Assembly: GCA_965220745.1 (NCBI GenBank)
Contig: CBDCQT010000011.1
Coordinates: 352,001-416,000 of the forward strand
DNA: 64,000 nt
Reading direction: 5' to 3'
Source of the DNA: Alphaproteobacteria bacterium
Lineage (GTDB): Bacteria; Pseudomonadota; Alphaproteobacteria; UBA828
The notes below the pieces were generated by a model, which worked only from the letters and a program-made list of their open reading frames with translations, did not search any database and was not told where the DNA came from. Below are positions 47,031 to 57,861 of the stretch, piece after piece. Positions within the stretch are counted from its first letter, which is position 1, and each line of letters begins with the position of its first letter. A program made the position numbers and the translations under genes.

Positions 47031-49139
47031 TTAGCGCTCCGGCACGCGCCGGGCGACCCACGGTCGCTTTCCGCGCGTCCTCGCCACGCTTTCGACACGG
47101 GCGCGGTCTCCGTTCAGCCATATCGCGTGGCTGCCGCCGCGCCAGAGATCGAACCTGTCCACCACCGTCTCGGGACCTTCGCACAGATCCCAGGCGGGAA
47201 CCGTGCTGACGACTAGGTCGGCGCGGCTGCAGTCCTCCTCGAACGCGCGCGGATCACGCACGAACGCGATCGTTCGATCGCCGCGCCGCTGGATGCAGCC
47301 GAGCGTATCGCAGCGAATGCCGGCGGCTGGCGCGCCCTTGCCGCCTCGCGGCCAGGTGGGCGCCTCCGCCTGCCCGTCCCGCCTCAGCCACACGTCGCTC
47401 ACGAAGCGCCCGCGCTGACGGGTCGAAATCCAGAGTCGTCCATCCTCGCCGCGCGTTGCCATCACGCGGGCGTCGCCATCAATCAGGATGTCCGGCCTCC
47501 GCTCCAGGCCGGCGAGCGCGATCCCGCCGCCGATTACGACGACCCCGAGGAAGCGCCAGCGGCTGCGCCAGAGGCAGAGCCACAATCCGCCGACCGAGAT
47601 CGCGAGCAAGGCCGCGGCCGGCATTGCCGGAACGAGGCTGACCGCGCCCGGCTGCGCCGCGACCTGGCGCGCGATCCAGACCACCGCGTCGATCCCCCAG
47701 CCCATTGGGGTAAGGGCAATCCCTTCGAGCCCGAACGGCATCAAGATGAGCGCAACCAGCCCCCAGGGCATGATCCAGAAGCCGGTGATCGGCACCGCGC
47801 CGAGATTGGCGAGTAGCCCGTAGTCCGCGATGCGGTTGAAGTGGTAGACCGCGAAAGGGCCGGTGGCGATGCCAGCCACCAGGGAGGTGAGCGTGACGCC
47901 GGCCGCGTAGACCACGGGACGGAGCACGAGGCCGCCGCGTGCCGCCATTCGGGCGAAGAGGCCCCGCGCCGCTTCGTAGGTCGCGATCAGGGCGGTGGCT
48001 GCGGCGAAGGACATCTGGAAGCTCGGCCCGAGCATGCTTTCGGGCGCGATTGCGAGCACCAACAGCGCTGCCCAGGCGATCAGCCGCATGGAGAGGCTCG
48101 CCCGGTCCAGCATGATCGCGACCAGCACGACGCCCACCATGACGAAGGCCCGCTGGGTCGGCACGCTCATGCCGGAGAGCAGCAGGTATGCCGCCGCACC
48201 CAGCAGGGCGCAGGCCGCAGCCCACTTCTTGATCGGCGCTCTGAGCGCCACCGGTTCGATCAGCGCCAGCAGGCCACGCGTGGCGAAGAAGATGAATCCA
48301 GCGATCAGGCCCACATGGAGCCCCGAAATCGCCAGCAGGTGGGCAAGGCCGGAATCCCGCATCGCCTTGAGCGCGGTCTTCTCGATGGCGCTGCGGTCGC
48401 CGGTGAGCAGCGCTGCCGCGAACGGCCCCGCCGAGGCCGACGTGTGCGCGAGGATTCGCGAGGAGACCCAATAGCGGACCCTCGACAGCAGCGAGAGCAG
48501 GCCGCCGCTTTCACCTTCAGGGGCGGCCATCGGCTCGGGCGCGCCGTAGACGAAGCCGACCGCGCCGATGCGCTGGAACCACGCCCGCCGCGCAAAGTCC
48601 CACGCACCCGGCTCCGCCGGCGTCGGCGGCGGCCGTAACGAGGCCAGCGCGGTGAGCCATGATCCCGGGGAGGCCAGACCGTCGTCGCCCGAGCGCCGCA
48701 CGCTGAGGCGCACCTTCGCGGGCGTCGCCGCCGGGGCCAAGCCTTCGATCGTCACGCGATCGAGGAGGTAGCGCTGTGGACCGTCGCCGGCGCCCACCCA
48801 GACCACGCGCCCGGAGACGTCGACCGGGCCAGTGGGGCCCGCGAGCACCGGGGCGCTGACCCGGTCGGAACGCCAGTCGGCGCAGGCGACGCCGGCAGCG
48901 AGAAGCGCCAGCGCCGCGAGCCCGAGGGCCGGTGCCGTGTGCCGGCGCATGAGCAGCGCGGCGACGGCGAGGAGCCCGGCCGCCACTGGTGAGACCCAGC
49001 CGATCGGCTCGGCTGGCAGCGTAAGGTAGAGGCCGCTGCCCGCGCCGAAGAGGATCGGCACCCAGAGGAACACGCGGCGACGCTCGGCGGCCCACGCCGC
49101 ATCGAAATGGATGCGCAGGCTGGCCGCGCGCCTCAACAC
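47031..49139 (-). CDS. comEC: ComEC/Rec2 competence protein
   Basis: [29 protein letters not shown]; multi-TM. Start approximate. Confidence 0.92.
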   Translation of the reverse strand: MLRRAASLRIHFDAAWAAERRRVFLWVPILFGAGSGLYLTLPAEPIGWVSPVAAGLLAVAALLMRRHTAPALGLAALALLAAGVACADWRSDRVSAPVLAGPTGPVDVSGRVVWVGAGDGPQRYLLDRVTIEGLAPAATPAKVRLSVRRSGDDGLASPGSWLTALASLRPPPTPAEPGAWDFARRAWFQRIGAVGFVYGAPEPMAAPEGESGGLLSLLSRVRYWVSSRILAHTSASAGPFAAALLTGDRSAIEKTALKAMRDSGLAHLLAISGLHVGLIAGFIFFATRGLLALIEPVALRAPIKKWAAACALLGAAAYLLLSGMSVPTQRAFVMVGVVLVAIMLDRASLSMRLIAWAALLVLAIAPESMLGPSFQMSFAAATALIATYEAARGLFARMAARGGLVLRPVVYAAGVTLTSLVAGIATGPFAVYHFNRIADYGLLANLGAVPITGFWIMPWGLVALILMPFGLEGIALTPMGWGIDAVVWIARQVAAQPGAVSLVPAMPAAALLAISVGGLWLCLWRSRWRFLGVVVIGGGIALAGLERRPDILIDGDARVMATRGEDGRLWISTRQRGRFVSDVWLRRDGQAEAPTWPRGGKGAPAAGIRCDTLGCIQRRGDRTIAFVRDPRAFEEDCSRADLVVSTVPAWDLCEGPETVVDRFDLWRGGSHAIWLNGDRARVESVARTRGKRPWVARRVPER

Positions 49140-49267
49140 GTGGGCGACATTCTGTAGCCATGCAGCCGATGGCCGGCCGGTCGCCTGTCGTCGGGCGATA
49201 TGCTAAACGCTCGACCGTTCAGACCCGTGGCGAACGGCCGGGTCGTCTGCCGGGGGTGAGACCGCAC

Positions 49268-50677
49268 ATGAGCGTCGTCACGCGCTTCGCGCCATCGCCG
49301 ACCGGCGTGCTGCACCTCGGCGGCGCGCGCACTGCCCTCTTCAACTGGCTCTACGCGCGCCATCACGGCGGCAGCTTCCGACTGCGGCTGGAGGACACCG
49401 ACCGCAAGCGCTCAACGCCGGAGGCGATCGCCGCCATCGTCGACGGGCTTGCGTGGCTCGGTCTGGATTGGGACGGCGAGATCGTGCGCCAATCCGAGCG
49501 CAGGCAGCGCCACGTTGACGTCGCGCACGACCTGCTCGCGGCTGGCGGGGCCTACCGCTGCTACTGCACGCCCGAAGAGCTGGAGGCGATGCGCGCCGAG
49601 GCCCGTGCCGCCGGCCGCGCGGCTCTCTACGACGGGCGCTGGCGGGACCGCGACCCGGCGGAGGCGCCGCCCGGCATTGATCCCGTAATCCGCTTTCGGG
49701 CGCCGCAGGAAGGGGAAACACGGATATCTGATTTGGTACAACGTGATATCAAAATAGATAACACAGCTCTCGACGACATGGTACTGCTACGCGCCGACGG
49801 CACGCCGACCTACATGCTCTCGGTAGTGGTGGACGACCACGACATGGGGATCACCCATGCCATCCGGGGCGACGACCACCTTACCAACGCCTTTCGCCAG
49901 ACTCAGCTTTTCCGCGCGCTCGGCTGGGAGCCGCCGGCCTACGCCCATATCCCGCTGATCCACGGCCCCGACGGCGCCAAGCTCTCCAAGCGCCACGGCG
50001 CGGTTGCCGTCGGAGCCTATGCCGAGCTCGGCATTCTGCCCGCCGCCATGCGCAATGCGCTGCTCAGGCTCGGCTGGAGCCACGGCGATGACGAGATCAT
50101 CGACACCGCCCAGGCGATTGCCTGGTTCGACCTCGACGCGGTGAACCGCGGCGCGGCGCGCTTCGACATGGAGAAGCTGCAGAGCCTCAACGGCCACTAC
50201 ATCCGCGAGAGCGCCGATTCCGAGCTGCTGGCTGATGTCGAACGAAGGCTCGCCGCGCGCTACCCGACTGCCGCCACGGATGAGGGGCGAAGGCGCATCA
50301 TGGCCCTGCTGCCCGAGGCCAAGGCGCGCGCGAAGACGCTGGTCGAGCTCGCCGACAACCTAGCGTTCCTGGTCTGCGACCGGCCCCTGCAGATGACGTC
50401 CAAGGCGGCGCGGCTGCTGGGCGACGAGGACAGCGAAGCACGGGCCCGCCTCGGCCGTCTGAACGCCGCCCTGCAGGGTATTGCGGCCTGGAGCGAGGCG
50501 GACCTCGAAACCGCGGTCCGCAATTTTGCCGAGGACGAAGGCGTCGGGCTCGGCGCCATCGCGCAGCCGCTCAGGGCGGCCTTAACGGGCGCGCACGCGT
50601 CACCCGGCATCTTCGCCGTCATGGCCGCGCTCGGCCGGGAGGAAACCCTGGCCCGCCTCGCGGACGCCGGGGGCTAA
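49268..50677 (+). CDS. gltX: Glutamate--tRNA ligase
   Basis: [29 protein letters not shown]. Confidence 0.95.
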   Translation: MSVVTRFAPSPTGVLHLGGARTALFNWLYARHHGGSFRLRLEDTDRKRSTPEAIAAIVDGLAWLGLDWDGEIVRQSERRQRHVDVAHDLLAAGGAYRCYCTPEELEAMRAEARAAGRAALYDGRWRDRDPAEAPPGIDPVIRFRAPQEGETRISDLVQRDIKIDNTALDDMVLLRADGTPTYMLSVVVDDHDMGITHAIRGDDHLTNAFRQTQLFRALGWEPPAYAHIPLIHGPDGAKLSKRHGAVAVGAYAELGILPAAMRNALLRLGWSHGDDEIIDTAQAIAWFDLDAVNRGAARFDMEKLQSLNGHYIRESADSELLADVERRLAARYPTAATDEGRRRIMALLPEAKARAKTLVELADNLAFLVCDRPLQMTSKAARLLGDEDSEARARLGRLNAALQGIAAWSEADLETAVRNFAEDEGVGLGAIAQPLRAALTGAHASPGIFAVMAALGREETLARLADAGG

Positions 50678-50691
50678 GGGAGGAGCGATCG

Positions 50692-51945
50692 ATGACGGAC
50701 GAGCGGGTCGATCTCGCGATCACGGGCGCGCACCTCTGGCGGGAGGACGCGCCGCGCGACCTCTTCGTCACGGACGGCCGCTTCGTGCCCGGACCCTCCG
50801 GCGGTGCGGCCGCGGCCGAGCGCACCATCGATGCCGGCGGGCGCCTCTGCGTGGCGGGCTTCCTGGAGCCTCATATCCATCTCGACAAGGCGCAGATCAA
50901 CGACGATGTCAGGCCCAACGCCTCCGGCACCCTCGACGAGGCCATCGAGATCATATGGGCGCGCAAGCGCGCCTACACGGTCGACGAAATCGCGGCGCGC
51001 GCGGTGCGGACCATCCGCGCAGCCGTCGCTCACGGGGTCACGCGCTTTCGCAGCCATGTCGATGTAGACAGCATCGGCGGCCTCCGCCCGTTGGAAGGCG
51101 TGGTCGAAGCGCGCGAGCGCACCCGCGACATTGCCGACATTCAGATCGTGGCCTTTCCGCAGGAGGGCATCTTCAAGGACAAGGGCACCGACGATCTCAT
51201 GTGGAAGGCGATGGAGGCGGGCGCCGATCTGGTCGGTGGCATGCCCTTCAACGAGAAATCACCTGCCGACAGCGCTCGCCATATCGCACTCGCCTTCGAG
51301 ATCGCGAGGCACCACGACGCCGACATCGACATGCACGTGGACGAGACCGACGACCCAAACGCCAGGACGCTCGAAGTTCTGGCTGAGCAGACCATGCAGA
51401 ACGGCTGGCAGGGGCGGGTCACCGCGGGCCACACCTGCGCGCTGGCTGGCTACGAGGAGGACTACGCCAACCGCGTGATCGGTCTCGTGCGTGAGGCCGG
51501 CATCCATATGATCGTGAACCCGGCGACCAACCTCATGCTCCAGGGACGGGGCGATGCACAGCCGAAGCGGCGCGGCATCACCCGCGTGAAGGAACTGCTA
51601 GAGGCCGGCGTCAACGTCTCCTGCGGGCAGGACTGCATCCGCGATACCTTCTACCCCTTCGGACGCGCCGATCCGCTGGAGGTGATGTTCCTCGCGAGCC
51701 ACGCCGCGCACATGAGCCGGCCGCACGAGATCGAGACGGTCTTCGACATGCAGACCGGCGCCGCGGCCCGCACCATGGGGCTCGACGACTACGGCGTGGA
51801 ACCAGGTTGCGTTGCCGACCTGGCGATCATCGACGCTGCCGATCCGCTGGAGGCGCTGACCAGGCGGGCGGACCGCACCCACGTCATCAAGCGCGGCAGG
51901 GTGGTCGCCGAGACCGTGACCCGGCGGCGCACCGCGTGGTCCTGA
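50692..51945 (+). CDS. Metal-dependent deaminase (cytosine deaminase CodA / AtzC-like amidohydrolase)
   Basis: EPHIHLDK, RSHVD, AFPQEG, DMHVDE, AGH, GQDCIRD. Confidence 0.85.
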   Translation: MTDERVDLAITGAHLWREDAPRDLFVTDGRFVPGPSGGAAAAERTIDAGGRLCVAGFLEPHIHLDKAQINDDVRPNASGTLDEAIEIIWARKRAYTVDEIAARAVRTIRAAVAHGVTRFRSHVDVDSIGGLRPLEGVVEARERTRDIADIQIVAFPQEGIFKDKGTDDLMWKAMEAGADLVGGMPFNEKSPADSARHIALAFEIARHHDADIDMHVDETDDPNARTLEVLAEQTMQNGWQGRVTAGHTCALAGYEEDYANRVIGLVREAGIHMIVNPATNLMLQGRGDAQPKRRGITRVKELLEAGVNVSCGQDCIRDTFYPFGRADPLEVMFLASHAAHMSRPHEIETVFDMQTGAAARTMGLDDYGVEPGCVADLAIIDAADPLEALTRRADRTHVIKRGRVVAETVTRRRTAWS

Positions 51946-51966
51946 GGCCGCTGGGGGAGAAACGAC

Positions 51967-53061
51967 ATGGCGATCGACGTTGCGAAGGTGGAGATCAAGT
52001 CGGTCTCGGACGCCTCCGGCCTGGACGAGTTGATCGCGTCGGGCCGCATGGCGGCGGATGAGGTCGTGGCCGTGATCGGCAAGACGGAGGGCAACGGCGG
52101 GGTCAACGACTTCACCCGCATCCTGTCGGACACCGCCTTCCGCGGCGTCCTGCTCAGGCACGGCACGCGCAGCGAGGCCGAGGTCGGTGAAATCCCCATG
52201 GTCTGGTCCGGTGGCTGCGACGGCGTGCTCACCCCCCACGCGACCGTCTTCGCCAGCAACGACGAGACCGGGCCCGCGGATGCGGCGCGCCTCGCCATGG
52301 GGACTGCCATGAGCGCGCCGATCCTGCCGGAGGATATCGGTCGGCCTGCGATGGTGGAGAAGATCGCGGACGGCGTCCGCACGGCGATGGCTGACGCGGG
52401 GATCGGCGACCCGGCGGACGTCCACTACGTACAAACCAAGACTCCGCTGCTCACCATCGACACGGTGCGGGAGGCGCACGGGCGCGGCGAGACCGTGGCC
52501 TGCGAGGTCCATGAATCGATGGGGGTCTCCAACGGCACCACCGGTCTCGGCATCGCCGTCGCGCTCGGCGAGGTGAGCATGCCAAAGGCCGACGAAATCT
52601 GCCGCAATCTCGATCTCTATTCGTCGGTCGCCTCGTGCTCCTCTGGCGTCGAGCTTGAGCGCGGCCAGATCGTGCTCTTCGGCAACGCGCCGGGGGCCGG
52701 CGGGCGCTTCCGCATCGGCCACGGCGTGATGCAGGACGCGCTCGACATCGACGGCATCTACGACGGCATTCGCAATGCCGGCCTCGACCTGCCGGAGCGC
52801 CCACGCGCTGCCGACCTCGGCGGCAAGCTGGTGAACTGCTTCATCAAGTGCGAGGCCGACCGTACCGCGCGCCTGCGCGGGCGCCGCCAGATCATGCTGG
52901 ACGATTCCGACGTTCACCATCACCGCCATTCCAAGGGCGCGGTCGGCGGTGTCGCCGCAGCGGCAATCGGCGATCCCGCCGTGTTCGTCTCGGTCGATGC
53001 GATGCACCAGGGGCCCCAAGGCGGCGGCCCCGTGGTGGCGATCGTGGACGTAGGAGCCTAG
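51967..53061 (+). CDS. Ring-opening amidohydrolase, cyanuric acid hydrolase/barbiturase family, barbiturase-like
   Basis: [51 protein letters not shown]. Confidence 0.9.
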   Translation: MAIDVAKVEIKSVSDASGLDELIASGRMAADEVVAVIGKTEGNGGVNDFTRILSDTAFRGVLLRHGTRSEAEVGEIPMVWSGGCDGVLTPHATVFASNDETGPADAARLAMGTAMSAPILPEDIGRPAMVEKIADGVRTAMADAGIGDPADVHYVQTKTPLLTIDTVREAHGRGETVACEVHESMGVSNGTTGLGIAVALGEVSMPKADEICRNLDLYSSVASCSSGVELERGQIVLFGNAPGAGGRFRIGHGVMQDALDIDGIYDGIRNAGLDLPERPRAADLGGKLVNCFIKCEADRTARLRGRRQIMLDDSDVHHHRHSKGAVGGVAAAAIGDPAVFVSVDAMHQGPQGGGPVVAIVDVGA

Positions 53062-53067
53062 ACCCGT

Positions 53068-53799
53068 TTAATCCGCGTCGGCCTCAACCGGCGGCGCCCA
53101 GTGGCGCAGGGCGGCCGATTCGATGGTGCCGTCGGGCATCACGGTGCCGTCCAGATTGGCTTGGCCGAAGAAGGCGTCGGCCACCTCGGCCCCGCGAAAG
53201 TCCGCGCGGATCAGGTCGGCCTCGCGAAAGTTCGCCTCGCGCAGATTGGCGCCGGCCAGGTCCGCCGTGGCGAGCCGCGCGCGCTTGAAGCTCGCGCCCG
53301 AGAAATTCGCTTCGCGCAGGTTGGCGCCGATCAGCACCGCCTCCTCAAGCTTGGCGAGGCGCCCGTCGGCGCGGCCGAGATTGGCGTCCTCCAGGTCGGC
53401 GAGGCGGAGGTCGGCGCAGTAGAGCTCGGCACTGCTGAAGTCGGCCCCCTGGCACTTGGCGCCCGCGAGCTCGGCCTGCGCGAGATTGCACTCGGAGAGA
53501 ACGGCTCCACCGAGGTCCGCGACCTTGAGATCGGCGCTCCAGAGGTCGGCGCCCGCGAGCCGCGCGCCACGCAGGACGGCACCCTTGAACGTCGCGAGGC
53601 GCAGGTTCGCTCCGGTGAGATCGGCGTCGGTGAGGTCGGCGTTCCACAAGTCGACCTCGCGCAGGATGCTGCCGGCGAAACTCGCCCCGCGTAGGTCGGC
53701 CTGACGGAAATGAAAGCCCTGCAGGTCGAAGCGCGTGAGATCGGCACCGGCGAGCTTGCCGGCACGAATCTGATCCCCGTTCGGCCGCCAGCCCGTCAT
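53068..53799 (-). CDS. Pentapeptide repeat protein
   Basis: Almost entirely A(D/N)Lxx repeats; tail GTVMPDG. Confidence 0.92.
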   Translation of the reverse strand: MTGWRPNGDQIRAGKLAGADLTRFDLQGFHFRQADLRGASFAGSILREVDLWNADLTDADLTGANLRLATFKGAVLRGARLAGADLWSADLKVADLGGAVLSECNLAQAELAGAKCQGADFSSAELYCADLRLADLEDANLGRADGRLAKLEEAVLIGANLREANFSGASFKRARLATADLAGANLREANFREADLIRADFRGAEVADAFFGQANLDGTVMPDGTIESAALRHWAPPVEADAD

Positions 53800-54539
53800 T
53801 CCACCCCACCCGCCGTTTCGATACGGATCGGTGTTCCCACGCGGAGCCCGAGCAGACGGTCCGCCCGGCTCCGGTTGACCGCGATCTCGGCGAGGCCGTT
53901 CGCGTTCTCGTACCAGAAGGCCGCACCCGGCTCCGCGTCGGAGAACGTGCGTAGCCGCGCAAACCGCCGGGCACCGGCGGCAAGCGTCGCATCCCCCGGA
54001 AGGCGGGCCGCGCGCAGCCCCGTCATCGCGTTGCCGTAGGGGTCGATGTAGACGATCGCGGCGCGATCGGCAGGCCAGTCGGCGCCGACCGTCGCCGCGC
54101 CGTCGAGCGGCGTGCCGGGCACCGCCTCGCCGCGGGCGATCCGCGCCGCCACCGGCGCGAAGAGGTCGCGGCCGTGGAAGGAGGCGGAGAGGGTCGGCGG
54201 CTGCCAGGTGATCGTGAACCAGCGCGCATCGCGGGCGTGGCGGGCGACGATGGCGAGCAGGCCGTTGTCCGGGCCCACGTACCAGCGATCAGCGGCGTTG
54301 AGCGCGACCGGCGAACGGTCGCTGCCGACGCCCGGATCGACCACGCAAACGAAGACCGAACCCGATGGAAACGCAGGCGCGCAGGCCGCGAGCAGATAAG
54401 CCGCAGGCTCCGGTTCGCAGGCTGGCAGGTCGTCCGAGAGGTCGATTACGGGAATTCCCGGCGCCTCGCGCGCGAGCACGGCTTTCATCTGGCCCGTATA
54501 GGGTCCGCCCGGCCCGAAATCGGTAAAGAGAACGATCAC
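53796..54539 (-). CDS. SAM hydroxide adenosyltransferase (DUF62, halogenase-related family)
   Basis: LFTDFG, VVDPGVGSDR, GPDNGL, SFHGRDLFAP, IDPYGN, EIAVN; GTG overlaps the SDR stop. Confidence 0.88.
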   Translation of the reverse strand: MIVLFTDFGPGGPYTGQMKAVLAREAPGIPVIDLSDDLPACEPEPAAYLLAACAPAFPSGSVFVCVVDPGVGSDRSPVALNAADRWYVGPDNGLLAIVARHARDARWFTITWQPPTLSASFHGRDLFAPVAARIARGEAVPGTPLDGAATVGADWPADRAAIVYIDPYGNAMTGLRAARLPGDATLAAGARRFARLRTFSDAEPGAAFWYENANGLAEIAVNRSRADRLLGLRVGTPIRIETAGGVE

Positions 54540-55351
54540 GCGTCGCCTGCACCGGGCGGTGGGTCGTCGAGGTTGTCCATCCCCATGTAAGTGTCGAAGG
54601 CGCCGTCGACGCCCAGAAGCTGCCCCGAAATGTGGCGGCCTGAATCGGAGCAAAGGTAGAGCGCGAGGTCCGCGATTTCCTGCTCGGCGATGCCGGTGCG
54701 CATGGCGATGTTGCTGAGGATCGCCGCCTCCATCTCCTCCACCGTGCGGCCCGCCGCTTCGGCTTTGGCGCGGATCACGCGTCTGCCCCGCTCGTTGAGG
54801 ATGTAGCCCGGCAGGATGGCGTTGACGCTGATGTTGGCGGGGCCGAGCTCGATCGCCAGCGTCTTGGTCAGGCCGGTGATCGCGAACTTGGAGGTGGCGT
54901 AAGGGAGCCTTAATGGAAAGCCGAGCCTGCCGGCGGTGGACGAGATGTTGACGATGGCACCGCGGCCGGCCTGGCGCATCAGCGGGACCGCGCGCCGCGC
55001 GCAATAGAACTGACCGGAGATGTTGACCGCAATCGTGCGGTCCCAGTCGGCGGGCTCAATCTGCTCGACCCGCGCGGTCGGGCCGGCGATTCCCGCGTTG
55101 TTGACGAGGACATCGACGCCGCCCATGGCTTCCGCTGCGACTTCGAACAACCGGTCGATCTGCACCGAATCGCCGACATCGGCGACGATCGCACCGATCC
55201 CTTTGCCCCGCACGTCTTCGACTAGGCCGGGCTGGATGTCGCAGGTGAAGACCGCTGCGCCGTTGGCCGCCAGTGTCTCCGCGATGACGCGCCCGATGCC
55301 CGAGCCGCCGGCGGTTACCACCGCGCGGCGCCCCTCACACGATATCTCCAT
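54536..55351 (-). CDS. Short-chain dehydrogenase/reductase
   Basis: TAGGSGIG, NNAG, NISS, YATSK. Confidence 0.92.
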   Translation of the reverse strand: MEISCEGRRAVVTAGGSGIGRVIAETLAANGAAVFTCDIQPGLVEDVRGKGIGAIVADVGDSVQIDRLFEVAAEAMGGVDVLVNNAGIAGPTARVEQIEPADWDRTIAVNISGQFYCARRAVPLMRQAGRGAIVNISSTAGRLGFPLRLPYATSKFAITGLTKTLAIELGPANISVNAILPGYILNERGRRVIRAKAEAAGRTVEEMEAAILSNIAMRTGIAEQEIADLALYLCSDSGRHISGQLLGVDGAFDTYMGMDNLDDPPPGAGDA

Positions 55352-55484
55352 GATCCGCTCCCGCTGCCGAAGAGGGCGCAAGAGTAACGGGCCGGGCTCG
55401 GCTTGCCGAGAGTGACGAACACACACCCGCAGATGCGGTGCTGGGCCATTTCGGCCGCAGGGCACGCTGCATAGAATGCGCGCC

Positions 55485-56609
55485 ATGGAACGCCATGATT
55501 TCCTGGTCGTCGGCGCCGGCATGGCCGGGGCTTCGGCAGCTTATTGGCTTGCCGAGCGGGGCCGCGTCGTCGTGCTCGAACAGGAGGACGCGGCCGGCTA
55601 TCACTCCACCGGGCGCTCCGCCGCCATGTACATGGAAACCTACGGCGGCCCGCTGACGCGGGGGCTGACCACCGCAGGCCGGGCCTTCCTCGCCGACCCG
55701 CCGTCGGGCTTCGCGGACTCGCCGCTGCTCGGCCCACAGCAGGTGCTCTACATTGGCCGCGCCGATCAACTCGAGGCCCTCGACCGGCTCTACGACGAGA
55801 ACAGCCCGCGCGTGCCGAGCCTCGCCCGCCTCGACGCCGCTGCGGCCCTTGGGCAGCCCGTGCCACTGCGCGAGGACTATGTTGCCGGCGGGGTGCTGGA
55901 GCCGGAGTCGCTGGAGATCGACGTCGCCGCCCTGCATCAGGGCTATCTGCGTGGCCTGCGAGCCCGAGGTGGCAGGCTGTTGACGGATGCGCGAGTGAGC
56001 GCGCTCGCCCGCAACGCCGATCTCTGGCACGCGGAGACGCCGGCGGGCGCCTTTGCCGCACCGGTCGTGATCAATGCCGCCGGTGCCTGGTGCGACGCCG
56101 TTGCCGCGCTTGCCGGTGTCGCGCCGATCGGCCTTGAGCCGAAGCGCCGGACCGCGTTCATCTTCGACGGGCCGGCGGATGGCGGTGTCGACCAATGGCC
56201 GATGGTGCACGACATCGACGATGCCTTTTACCTCAAGCCCGACGCCGGCCGGCTTCTGGCCTCGCCGGCCGACGAGACGCCCTCGGATCCCTGCGACGCG
56301 TATCCAGAAGAACTCGACATCGCCGTCGGCGCCGACCGCATCATGCAGGCCATGACCCTGGAGATCCGCCACATCCGCAACAAGTGGGCGGGCCTCAGGA
56401 GCTTCGTGCGCGATCGCCAGCCAGTCGCGGGCTTCGACGTTGCTGTCGAGGGTTTCTTTTGGCTGGCAGGTCAGGGCGGCGCCGGCATCATGACCGCGCC
56501 GGCGCTCGGTGCCATAACGGCAGCGATTGCCGCGGGCGATCCCTTGCCGGACGCCGCCGCCGCGCGCGGCATCACCGCCGCGCAGCTCAGCCCCGGCCGT
56601 CTACTCTGA
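55485..56609 (+). CDS. FAD-dependent D-amino acid dehydrogenase (DauA-like)
   Basis: GAGMAG, GYHSTGRSAA, NAAGAW, WAGLRSF, AGQGGAGI. Confidence 0.85.
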   Translation: MERHDFLVVGAGMAGASAAYWLAERGRVVVLEQEDAAGYHSTGRSAAMYMETYGGPLTRGLTTAGRAFLADPPSGFADSPLLGPQQVLYIGRADQLEALDRLYDENSPRVPSLARLDAAAALGQPVPLREDYVAGGVLEPESLEIDVAALHQGYLRGLRARGGRLLTDARVSALARNADLWHAETPAGAFAAPVVINAAGAWCDAVAALAGVAPIGLEPKRRTAFIFDGPADGGVDQWPMVHDIDDAFYLKPDAGRLLASPADETPSDPCDAYPEELDIAVGADRIMQAMTLEIRHIRNKWAGLRSFVRDRQPVAGFDVAVEGFFWLAGQGGAGIMTAPALGAITAAIAAGDPLPDAAAARGITAAQLSPGRLL

Positions 56610-56990
56610 CGAGGAGACGGGCTCGGCGATCACGCGAATTTCGTCGCCCTGTACGGCGTTGTAGAAGCAGGCCGGGCGGTTGGTATGGCAGGCAGGGCCG
56701 GTCTGATCGACCAACAGAAGCAGGGCGTCGCTGTCGCAGTCGAAACGCAGCTCGACCAGCCGCTGCGTGTGGCCCGAGCTCTCGCCCTTACGCCAGAGCG
56801 TTTGGCGCGAGCGCGACCAGTAGCAGACGCGGCCGGTCTTCAGTGTCTCACGCACCGCGTCCGCGTTCATCCAGGCGAGCATCAGCACCGCGCGGGTCTC
56901 GTGCGATTGCGCGATCGCGGGAATGAGCCCCGCGTCGTCGAAACGCAGCCGCTCGATCACCTCTTGGGCCAGGTCGGCGCTGGCCGTCAT
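56601..56990 (-). CDS. hisI: Phosphoribosyl-AMP cyclohydrolase
   Basis: VLMLAWMN, YWSRSR, WRKGESSGH, DCDSD, ACHT...CF. Confidence 0.95.
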   Translation of the reverse strand: MTASADLAQEVIERLRFDDAGLIPAIAQSHETRAVLMLAWMNADAVRETLKTGRVCYWSRSRQTLWRKGESSGHTQRLVELRFDCDSDALLLLVDQTGPACHTNRPACFYNAVQGDEIRVIAEPVSSSE

Positions 56991-57020
56991 CCGCCTTACT
57001 CCCTGAGCGAATGCGCGAAG

Positions 57021-57854
57021 CTAGTGCTCTGCCCGCGCCGAATCAACGACCCGTCCAAAGAAGACCGAGGCCAGCGCTGCGCCGCCGTGGCAGAGCGTGA
57101 AGAGCGCGAGCGCAGCGACCACGATCGACGGGCCGGACGGCGTATCCCAGGCGAGCGAGCCGTGTAGTCCCCCGGCCACCGCCACCGCCCCGATCGCGCT
57201 TGCGAGCAGCGCCATCTGTTCGGGCGAGCGGGCGAGTCTGCGCGCCGTCGCTGCCGGGATGATCAGCAGCGACACAATCAGGATCAGCCCGATGATTTTC
57301 ATGGCGATGGCGACCGCGAGGGCGATCAGGAGGGTGAAGACGATGCGGACGAGACCGGCCCGCACGCCTTCGGCACGCGCAAGCTCTTCGTGGACCGTGA
57401 CGGCCAGCAAGGGCCGCCAGATCAGCACCGTCGCCACAACCACTGCGCCGCCGCCGCCGTAGATCCAGATCAGGTCGCGGCCGGTGATGGCCAGGATGTC
57501 GCCAAACAGGTAAGTCATCAGGTCCACGCGCACGCTCTGCAGGAAGCTGATTCCGACGAGGCCGAGAGCCAGCGTGCCGTGTGCGAGGATGCCGAGGAGC
57601 GTGTCTGTGGCCAGTCGACGCTGCTGCTGGAGCAGGAGTAGCAGCAGGGCCAGCGCGACACACATGAGGATGATACCGCCGTTGAGGTCGATGCCGAGGA
57701 CGACGCCGAGCAGAACACCGAGCAGCGCGCTGTGAGCGATGGAATCGCCGAAATAGGCCATGCGCCGCCACACCATGAAGCAGCCGAGGGGCCCGGTGGC
57801 GAGCGCCACGCCGATGCCGCCCGCGAGCGCGCGCGCGAAGAAGTCGTCGAACAT
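57021..57854 (-). CDS. znuB: Zinc ABC transporter permease
   Basis: VWRRMAYFGDSIAHSALLG, YLFGDIL, DTPSGPSIV. Confidence 0.92.
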   Translation of the reverse strand: MFDDFFARALAGGIGVALATGPLGCFMVWRRMAYFGDSIAHSALLGVLLGVVLGIDLNGGIILMCVALALLLLLLQQQRRLATDTLLGILAHGTLALGLVGISFLQSVRVDLMTYLFGDILAITGRDLIWIYGGGGAVVVATVLIWRPLLAVTVHEELARAEGVRAGLVRIVFTLLIALAVAIAMKIIGLILIVSLLIIPAATARRLARSPEQMALLASAIGAVAVAGGLHGSLAWDTPSGPSIVVAALALFTLCHGGAALASVFFGRVVDSARAEH

Positions 57855-57861
57855 GGCGCGG

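Noticed and set aside
53068-53799. 15-bp periodic DNA repeats
   Set aside because: Fully explained by pentapeptide repeat coding.
53796-54539. Possible fluorinase/chlorinase
   Set aside because: The Asp-Arg-His signature (VDPGVGSDR, FHGRD) is that of DUF62 SAM hydrolases, not halogenases.
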